A DNA stretch of 39,581 bases from Sphacelaria rigidula (lineage: Eukaryota): positions 1-39,581 of the forward strand of contig CAXNAA020000011.1 of the NCBI GenBank assembly GCA_964200075.2, in the 5' to 3' direction. Below the pieces are notes generated by a model. It had not been told where the DNA came from, made no database searches, and was given only the letters and a program-made list of their open reading frames with translations. Both the position numbers and the translations under genes were made by a program. Position 1 is the stretch's first letter. Every line of letters begins with the position of its first letter. Positions 12,501 through 20,736 of this stretch are shown piece by piece.

Positions 12501-15500
12501 GCGCGTGTTTTGTACAGTAAGATTTTAAAGAGAAGCGGGCAACTTGGAGTGCAGACAGCCCAGGACTATCAGTTCTCTCTGCTCACTGTGACGTGAAAAG
12601 GACTTCAACAACGTGCAGCTTCGTACTACCTGCACTGTCCATAAGCGTGTACGTAACTCGGTTGCCCACCGAACCGCGCAGTTCCGTCGCTAATCCTACC
12701 ATGAAAGAAGATGCACAAGTTTTCGCCAACTAAAATAAAGAAAGCGTACCCAAATACTGCAGGGTGTTCATCCCTGTGCTCGATTCATATTCGTTGCTGT
12801 AGGGTTGCGGTGGTAGCTGAGAATGAGTCGGATGGAGTTAGCATGGTTTTGTGAACGGGTGTTATCTGTCGTCGAGGTCTGTGAGATAGGAGTCAAGTGT
12901 TGCCGCGTGCCTTTCAACCGCATTTTTTTAATCGAAAGAGCTCTGAGTTCTTGTTTTGTAGTTTCTATTCGCGCGCCACTAATCACAAGTTAAGTTGAAG
13001 TCTTAAAAGAACAAAAATGTGGCGGGCCTATCAGATCGAGAAAAAGAATTCCACCGCACTTCAGACTACATGATATTAAGTTCATTCGAACTGATCCAAA
13101 CACAACGTCAGGGGTAAGCTGGGTATGTATTACTCGTGAAAACAATATGAACCTGCTCCGACAACTTGTATTTGTGTAAGTTGGGACCAGCTGCTACATC
13201 GTGCATCGCGTCCTGTATTTACCGGGTATACCCCCCGTATTCGCCGGGGTATCTCATACCGTGGTGTGCATGGGTATCGTGGGTATGAGTTTTCGAAATA
13301 CCCGATTAGGCGGGTACGGCAGGTATTGAAATATTGAAATACCGTGGTACCGTAGGTATGAGTTTTGGAAATACCTGATCGAGCGGGTACGGTAGGTGTT
13401 GACATCTCGAAATACCGTGGTATCATGGGTATCGTGGGTATGACATTTGGAAATACCCGATCGGACCGGTATCGGTAGAGTATGAGGTGTCCCAAATACC
13501 GGTACCGGGTACCTACCTCACCTATGGTGCCTGTGGAAGGTATCCGAATAAACATGAGATGCGGTTATGCCTTGGTCACGCCGCATATCAGATGCGTGTA
13601 CGCGGTATTACGGTATAGGTATTGTCTGTAGACCGTACATTGCATCAACGTATCATACTGCACTTTATAGTGGTCATGACAGAGTTTTTACATTTGGAAG
13701 CCATCAGCCGCGCCGCCAGACATGGATGCAGACGATCGTGTCATTCCCGGGAGCAAGGATCCCGGTGTCGGAGGTGAGGGTCCCACTGGATCGGCCGGCA
13801 CCACAGCCGCTACTAGCGGTGGCGGCGCTGGAGTTGCCATCCCCTCCCGATTGTGGCACGTTGTGACTGAATCTGTATCTGTCTCCCCACCGACAGTGGC
13901 CGTAGTCCAGAAAGACGGAGCACGGCTGGCTCCGCCGCACCCGTTTGGCCGCCAAGTACCTGCCATTCCCGCGGTGCCCCAATTCCCTGCACCCCGGTCG
14001 CGGTAGCCCGATCCACTCCCCCCACCACCCCCAGCGGTGGCGCTTCCTGTCCCCTCCTCCTTGCGACGCGTCAACGTACGCGTCAACGTACGCCGCTCTA
14101 ACAAATCGCACTGCGTCGCACCCGGTCTCGATGAACAAGCGTAGCTAAGGAAGGGCGAGAACAGGCGAAGGGAGAACGCCGGCCGACGGCGGCGGAGAGC
14201 GATTGTTCGCGAATAAGTGCTGCGACCACTGTGCCAAGGCATCAGACCACTTGCCGAGGATAGAGTTGATGATGAGGGTCGTGGTATCAGTACACGCGCG
14301 CTGCGTCATCATATCGAAGTGGGCGTTGGTGTACGACCGAAGATCGGAGGTCATCTTCGCAAAGGCCGCCGTAAGCGCCTCCACCCAGCCGGCACACATC
14401 GCGTCCTCTGCACCGGACGGCGCTCCCGAACCGGCACCCAGCAAGCGCCCGAGCGCTTCACCCATCAGACCGAAACGGTCCGGCAGGGATATCTTGTCGC
14501 TCGAACTAGAACCCGCAGCACCGCGCGGCATGATTGCTGCAACGTCGAGTAAGGAGAGAGTGCGGAACATGCTCGCCACCTTCGAAGAGACACGTATCAT
14601 GGCACTCAGGACCTCCTGCAACTCAGGTGGACTTAATGACCGTACTGGCGGTTTGCCGGTGAGGAGCCACCACTTACGTGACGCGGCGTCCTACCAAAGC
14701 TGCACAAGATTCCGCACCCCATACTTTCGTCGCTGCTCCACCTCAGCTCAAGCTGCAGCCTGGTTTGCCGCTGGCTGCTGTCCACCCCACGGCTGCACGT
14801 TGGTCCACGCCCCGCCTCCACCCACGGATCCCGAACCGACAAGGTTTGCGGTCTGGAGGTAGGTGTTGTCCCAACGAGCAGCGAGGGGCGCAGCTTGTGC
14901 TACCGTTGAACCGATGTCGAAGGTGCTTGATCCCTAGCCAGCCTATGCAAATTCCCCGCGCGGCTCAGCGCGTACCCTTGGCGTACCTGGCCATACCACC
15001 GTTGGACGGGCCGGTGACCGCAGGGACATATCGCCAGCGACGGTAGTGAGCGGCCTAGCCGCCTCTGCGCCATGACCCCTGACCGCCGCGCGGGAAAAGT
15101 TATGATCGGGGCGGCTGACGGATGTTACGGGTCTTGCCCTTGATAATTTTTACTGTTGGACCACCTTCCCCAAGTGACGAACCTCGTCTGTAACCGATGT
15201 CATATTGGACCCCAAATCCTCCAAGCTCGTCTCGGTGCCCTCAAGGTTGTCGGCGATGGTCTCCACGTGATGGCTAATGCGGCCCATATTTTCGGTGATG
15301 TCGCCCACCCGGTTGGTCAGAGTGTCGATCTGGATCGTAACCCGCGGCAATCCCACCGCCATCTCATCATCGAGGGCGGGCCACCCCGACGTAGTGTCAT
15401 CACTGTGCGTGTCCCCGCTGTGTGCCGCAGACCTACTGGAAGACGACCTCGTCTGGGATGCAAGCGCGGAAGCGGGCGCCGCGGCCTTCTGTTTATCATT

Positions 15501-18500
15501 AACCCCCGCCCCCGCCGAAGCTCCTCCTGACGACGGCATGTTGGTCAGAGCCGTGAGAACTGCACATGAAAACTTCAGAAAACACTCGGGACGCACGAGC
15601 TACGGCAGCGATTCGAGATGTTGTAACTCGCTAATAGTCGCGACGTCCGTATCCCGTAACTCACACACCTCGAACTCACTCCACACCCCACCACTGTCGC
15701 TCAGTCGTGCTTGCACTTGCCCCTGTATCTCGGCTGCTTCGCACACTCTGAGGCTCTGAACTAACTCACCCACACGATCACATCACGTCCGAAATGGCTC
15801 CAAGATACTCCAACCGCAATCCAGATCTGGAAAATTCCTATCCGCTTCCGCACAAAAGCTTGATTCTTTTCAAAGACAGAATCGAATAATTCTCGTCTTC
15901 TTTGAATGCACTTGAGATGCTTCCTTGTCAGGCGGATTCTACACTCCATATACTACGCACTAGGTGTGATGCACTGGAAGGCGAAGCGTGGTCGCCACCT
16001 ATCGTCGTACAAGGGGCGCGCAAGGCACTCGTACCGAGCAATACCATGCACACCACCGAACGCGGGGCATGATCACGCTCCAAGCCTGAAACTTGTGCCG
16101 ACGATCCAGCCTTGAACAGGGCTTTTCAGATGTGCCGTGTGTTGGGCCGTAGGTCGTCCCTCTGGGGGACATCGCTCGTGTGAACTACACCTACTTTGCG
16201 GCTGATCCCAGCTGATAATTTATAAAAAGACTCTTGTATGCGAAAGTCGGTACACATTCAACCTTTTTCTTTGGCGCAACATTGATGAATAAAAAGTGGG
16301 AAGCATGTATACTTGATCCATTTCGTATGAATAGGGGCAGGGAACATGCACGAGTACATATGATTCAGGCTGCAGCAATATAAATTGTAAATCATGCACG
16401 CTTGATTCACCTCGTATGAAGGAAGATGGGAAACATGTACGTATGATTTATCCTGCATAAACGGTAGTCGGGAACCACGTACGCTTGATTAACTTTCTAT
16501 GAATGGGGGTGAGGAACGTGTGCCCATGATTCATGTTGAATTGATGGGAATTGGGAAACATGTACTCATGATTCACACCATACAAATGGAAGGTAGGAGG
16601 GGTCTACCTTCGACGGTGTACCGCATGAATCACGAGCTGGGAATGTGTACACTCAGAGAGTGTGGTATGAATCACGAACCCAAAACATGTACATATCACA
16701 ACTTGTTCACGTATCGTATGATTGATTCGTACCAATGTTGAATATGAGTCGAATCACGATTCAATTCGTCCGAACCGTGGAATGTTACTGAACAACTGCG
16801 TGGTCGGCACTTCTTGTAGCCAACAAGCCTTGCTAAAAATGTTCTAAAATGTCTGTGTTCGAATCTTCACAACCCCATTTTTCGGGTGAAGATACTTGCG
16901 CGCCCGTTGTACATGTACCAGAATGTGAAGAAAAAACGTGCGTAGTGCTATATACCATTTCAATCAAGTTAGCAAAGGTTGATATTACCTCGCAAAACAT
17001 TGTGCAGTAAAACGCTGATAATCTCACGCATATGGGCATCGGCTGCGAGACGTCGAAAGCGGTGTCATACGACCTCAGCTGTTTTTCGCAAGACTATGAA
17101 GCTGGTGCCCGCGGAGGGTGGGCAACACCAAAGCAGCGACAAACTCTGCCTTCCCTCGACCCCCGCAGCCTCATTGTCCTTTGAAGTATCGATAGACTTT
17201 CGTACCAAAGCCGTACACTACAAACCAGTCTTGCGCCAAAACAAAACAAACGGTTGTTTCTGAACAGAATTGGAGCTCTCATCATCCCTTCGCGCACTGC
17301 TGCAACGCTCAATCCCAGATCTAGACGCACGGGCTTGTTGATTGTGGTAAAGTTTCAGCGCATAGCAGCGACATGGCGTGCACGACTGTGCTTCCTGCCC
17401 TGACCATCTCTACAGTCGATACCGGGATGACTTTTCTGCCGATTGTCCTTATCCAGAGGGTGTGCCAGTACTGATTCACGTTCGTTTGTCAGCACTGTAC
17501 CCTCCCAGGAGATCATGATATGGAAGTGAATGCACCGCCATGTCCACATATGGTCGTTTTGAGGGCATATCGACGGTATATCGGTATTCGCATAGTTTAA
17601 TTCGCGAAAGGGAAACTTGGTGCACGTACCGCCCATGCTGTGTCCAACTACTGCACCAAGTTTCATGGTGGTGCCTTTGCCCACGGTCGAGTAATGCACA
17701 AGCAAGTTTCCGTACAAAAGTGCAATGATTCTTGTATGAGCGCCAAGTGCGGGCTGTCACAAATGCAGGGCGGGCATTCCGGTACGTTTCGTTTTTCCCG
17801 CAAGACTGAATCGTTTTTGGGATCTATCACACACGCCCAGTGTGCTCTAGCGATGTGAGGGTCAAGTGTGCATCTTGCACGAAAACCCGGTGAAGTATGT
17901 GATTCATCTGCTGTAGGAAAACACGGAGGCGTTGATGCATTTAAAAGCACTTGTGACTTGACTCAGCTCGTAAGCTGAATGATAACGCTGGCATGCATTT
18001 TATCCGACCCTCCTCCTACCGGATATTTCTGGCAATCACGGAGATTCGGAGTCGACATCCGTCAGAAACCACGTATATTCGGCAAGAACGCGCGGAAGGA
18101 GGATTGCACCTTTTCGGGACTCTCTACCCCACAATCGTGTGTTCGCGGCAGTTATCTATTTGTGTTGCTTCCAAGTCAAAATGATCAGAGGCGCCCTCTT
18201 GTGAATCGGCATAATACTCACTTAAAGACTAGACAAATGGATACCTGCCGCTGACACACTATTGCGGGGGGAAAGTGCACCGGTCGGGCAAATAAATGAT
18301 CCGTGTGGAAATTGCTTGATTTTAGTGTTTTTGATTTGTGCCGTAGGAATCAATACTTGGGCTTTGTTTTCAGCGTTGCGACCCAGGTAAGCGCAGCCCA
18401 GGCACGCGGAATGGCGCAAAAGTTGCGTGGGAACCTTTTCGACCATCGCTCGACATTCTTTCCTCTTTCGAGCAACCAGGCCTGAAAGATAGTGGATTTG

Positions 18501-20053
18501 GTGATTACAACCGGCGATAGTTCGTCCGAACCGTGGAAAAGTGCCACAAATATACCATGGTGGGGAGTCCGGTCCCAAAACGGAGTAGGGAAACATGCGT
18601 TTAGCGGGGGCAGGAGGATTCTAATTGGCCAATGAGTTGAAGCAACGAGTTGAAGTTACAGTACATGTGATTCATTGGTCTTTTGAATGATGAATGCGCT
18701 GCTCGTAATGTTAAAACACTCACTGGTGGGCTGCTGCATGTCGTCGCACACGCTACAGCGATTACCATTTCACGTGGTGGGAGCATGGGCAGAAGCGTGA
18801 GCACAAATTCGGAAGGGCGCCCTCGACAGTCGTTCGACTATTTGATCGAGAGACTGCAACTACAATCACGAGCCAGGATTCGTAGACTTGCGAAAGGAGC
18901 GCTCAAAGACTTTTGTGCCATGTGTGTTGTCATCTCATTTATTCTGAACGCCAGTCTACACCTTGCCGTGTATGTGGTCGAGGAAGGTCGAAACAGGAGT
19001 TTTTTCATTTCTTTCTTTATTGTAGCAGCCCACCTTCCTTTTGCGGTCCTTGCTCTATTTTTTATCCCGAGAAGGCCTCAGCGGCACTACTGTAGCTGTA
19101 GGGACCACTGTACCACCGTACCACTTTCATGATGACCCAAATATGCTTGAAACTTCGACCCTGCAGTACCTGAATCGCTACAAATACCCCGGTGTCTGTA
19201 CTGGTCATGTAGGCTCACCTCCTTACGAGCGCCGGCAAAGAGTTCTTCATAGCCATCGATAGCGTCTTTCACATCATCCTTTGGGAGCACGGATTCCGTA
19301 TTATTGAGCACGTGTGTGACCCCAGACATGGACTTGTAGTCCATACCATCGCGCTTGGTCTGCGGTGTAGTATTTGGAACAGGAGGGTAAAACAGGATGC
19401 AGAGAAAAGGAAACAACATTTGTGACCACATACGAAGGATCCAGCCCCCGGCCATGCATACATGAACATACTCGCCGACAGCGGTGAATTGAAACCAGGA
19501 AATGGACCAAGAGCTGGCCCTGCTCAAGGTGATAGCCACCAACAGTGCAGTAATCAGTACGAGGACCTAATTCCCGCGATGGCGCGCTCATCGTTTACTT
19601 TCCGTCACCAGTGCTTTGCCCTCATTTATCGACCCTACGGATACAGAACTTCCCAAGGGGTATAGAACTTCCAAGCCCTCCGAACCGCACGGTGGTCGGT
19701 GTGTTCTTCGATAAAAGCGGGGAAACGTAGATCCAAATACACCGTCAGTTAGATTTTTCGCCAACAGCATTGCACTTCAGGGTATGAGACGTGCCAGCAG
19801 TTCGAGCCGGCCATCGCACAACAGCGATGATCGCAGCTCATAATCATCGCACTCATAACACTCTTGGCCAGCCACGTTCACTTGCCGTTGAACCTGCCGT
19901 TAAACTGGAGAATCGCACCTGGCGCTTGGTGAAGAACAAGACGTAGATCATGCTGACGCCAGCGACGGCTGCAATGGACGCCGAAGTGCGTGGGTTATCC
20001 CTCGCAGCATCCAGAGCCTTTTCCAAAGCAACCGATGGCTGGGTACTCTTCAT
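2616..20053 (-). CDS. SMT: SAM-dependent sterol 24-C-methyltransferase (ERG6/SMT family, SMT2-like signature), 9 exons, about 406 aa
   Basis: Exons on the minus strand, all with GT-AG introns and consistent phase: 20053-19919, 19359-19219, 9308-9241, 8760-8628, 6152-6039, 5439-5293, 5029-4829, 4414-4232, 2714-2616 (TAA). Motifs: [20 protein letters not shown] (sterol-binding region I), [13 protein letters not shown] (SAM motif I), [31 protein letters not shown] and C-terminal [17 protein letters not shown]. An alternative in-frame ATG lies at 20104. Confidence 0.96.
2800..2826. repeat. Short interstitial telomere-type (TTAGGG)n repeat
   Basis: AACCCT AACCCT AACCCT ACCT AACCC, within SMT intron 8. 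Confidence 0.8.
3548..3577. repeat. (AT)15 microsatellite
   Basis: Perfect 30-bp dinucleotide run in SMT intron 8. Confidence 0.95.
6649..6883. repeat. Imperfect inverted repeat (MITE-like)
   Basis: GTTCACTCGAGGTTGGAG pairs with CTCAAACCTCGAGTGGAC. Internally, CATCACTAGCGGCGTTTT pairs with AAAACACCGCTCGTGATG. Confidence 0.65.
7021..7266. repeat. Long imperfect palindrome (foldback/MITE-like) with arms of about 110 bp
   Basis: 7021-7129 aligns with the reverse complement of 7157-7266 at TATTTAGAGTTGGA, TATGGACAATGAA, AGTGCACACAAG and CTTTCATGAGTTG. The loop is about 27 nt. A weaker extension reaches about 6968 and 7346. Confidence 0.85.
10125..10890 (+). repeat. Degenerate tandem array of about 42-bp units (left part), interrupted by an insertion at about 10225-10682
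   Basis: Units resemble GGAAACATGTACGTATGATTCACCTTGTATGAANGGAAGATG at 10125-10225 and 10683-10860. One further unit lies near 11395-11425. Confidence 0.75.
10246..10594 (+). repeat. Dispersed repeat of about 350 bp, copy 1 (TE fragment)
   Basis: Colinear with 21352-21702. Shared blocks include GTTCATCAGGAGGGTG, GGGACAAGCTCGATCGAC, ATACCGAAGAGT, GGACCCCCGATGACCGG and TGGAATGTGGA. Confidence 0.85.
11566..11980 (+). repeat. Diverged dispersed repeat, copy 1 (inside the hAT-like element)
   Basis: Blocks colinear with 17350-17725: AAGTTTCAGCGC..GCAGCG, TTTGAGGGC, (C/T)TTCATG.TGG and CGAG.AAT..ACAAGCAA. Confidence 0.55.
12020..12233 (+). repeat. GGTAT/GGTAC-rich repeat module, copy 1 (two internal units of about 83 bp)
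   Basis: The unit core GTATCGTAGGTATG(A/G)CATTTG(G/A)AAATACCCGAT occurs twice. It ends in CGGTATCGGTAG...TGTCCCAA.TACC.GT.C.GGGTACCT.CCT, shared with 13212-13520. Confidence 0.8.
13212..13520 (+). repeat. GGTAT/GGTAC-rich repeat module, copy 2 (three internal units of 73-82 bp)
   Basis: Same start (GTATTTACCGGG), units and terminus as 12020-12233. Confidence 0.8.
13704..15539 (-). pseudogene. Decayed intronless gag/ORF1-like frame (612 codons) with an N-terminal coiled coil and a C-terminal CCCH zinc finger; probable retroelement relic, possibly Ngaro/DIRS-type
   Basis: ORFs 15150-15596, 14145-14621 and 13704-14138 are all in one minus-strand frame. It is interrupted only by in-frame stops at 15150, 14943, 14934, 14748, 14691 and 14145. 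It contains a heptad-like [39 protein letters not shown] segment and C-x8-C-x5-[Y]-x3-H ([20 protein letters not shown]) at 13922-13863. The segment is GC-rich relative to its flanks. Confidence 0.65.
16285..16600 (+). repeat. Degenerate tandem array of about 42-bp units (right part, same orientation as the left part)
   Basis: About 7 units, for example GGGAAACATGTACGTATGATTTATCCTGCATAAACGGTAGTC and GGGAAACATGTACTCATGATTCACACCATACAAATGGAAGG. Confidence 0.75.
17350..17725 (+). repeat. Diverged dispersed repeat, copy 2 (outside the hAT-like element)
   Basis: Same ordered blocks as 11566-11980. Confidence 0.55.
18278..18535. mobile_element. 258-bp MITE of the same TIR family as 9900-16779
   Basis: Right TIR TTCGTCCGAACCGTG ends at 18535. 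The degenerate left TIR CACCGGTCGGGCAAAT matches the consensus at 12/16. The flanks GGAAAGTG (18270-18277) and GAAAAGTG (18536-18543) form a 7/8 TSD. Confidence 0.7.
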
Positions 20054-20104
20054 GATTGCAGCTGATATTCCAAGCAAAGGACGGGGCAGCAATTCATTAC
20101 TCAT

Positions 20105-20736
20105 CGGCGAAGAGAGAGGCGCCAGCGAGGCCACCCACCCTGCGCAGAGCACACCTCGAATCGAACACTTTTTTTAACGTGTGAAAGCACAGAACTAACT
20201 TACAATGGCAGTGAGGGAAGGTGAGGATAGTGCCAACCTAAAGGCACAGCAAGTTTGGCCTTCAGAATGAAACGTTTTGGATGCATTGGCTACGTCTGTC
20301 GATGGGAAATAAGAAACTTACCTCGCTTGGTGGATAAGGTTCCAGCTTGAAGAAGACCCACAGGTATAAGCTATGGGGTCCTTGAGCGATTCCCCGAAAC
20401 ACTCCATAAGGTGGTTCTCGCCACATTCGATCTATCTCTGAAAAGTATACCCGTTGATCAAAAGTGGACACACAAGGTGGATCACTTCCTTGCCGAACAT
20501 TATCTGGCGATTTACACTGCGGGTAAATTGTCGCATGCTATGTCTTGAAGGAGCGGTTGAGTAGAAAGCTGCACCTACGATACAGATGAGCACAACAGGC
20601 CCGAATCCCATCTCTTAGACACAGCTACTCGGTGCTCTGTGAAACGTAGCCTGGGCCCTGCGGGATCTTGGTTTTGCCCTCCAGGATCTTGGCTTCGAGT
20701 ATCACGAGTGCAGTACAGGTATAGGCACAACAGACG
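20105..20736. promoter_or_regulatory. Putative bidirectional promoter / 5' UTR region between the divergent genes
   Basis: Only about 630-680 bp separate the two start codons. This rests on position alone; no specific promoter element was validated. Confidence 0.45.

Larger units (their letters stand above)
9900..16779. mobile_element. Non-autonomous TIR DNA transposon, hAT-like (8-bp TSD), expanded by nested insertions
   Basis: The left end CACGGTTCGGATGAAT (9900-9915) and right end ATTCGTCCGAACCGTG (16764-16779) form a 15/16 inverted match. An identical 8-bp flanking duplication GAATGTTA lies at 9892-9899 and 16780-16787. No transposase ORF was seen. Confidence 0.85.

Noticed and set aside
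13704-15539. Stop-codon reassignment or readthrough explaining the six in-frame stops
   Set aside because: All three stop types occur, the neighbouring host genes end in TAA and TAG, and the zinc finger also has a missense lesion. Pseudogenisation is simpler.
14203-15759. Plus-strand ORFs of 219, 160 and 124 aa as genes
   Set aside because: They are antisense shadows of the GC-rich minus-strand gag-like frame and show no motifs.
10125-16600. The 42-bp and 73-83-bp periodic repeats as CRISPR-like arrays
   Set aside because: The units are degenerate along their whole length, with no constant repeat and unique spacer alternation. There are no cas genes, and the context is a eukaryotic intron.
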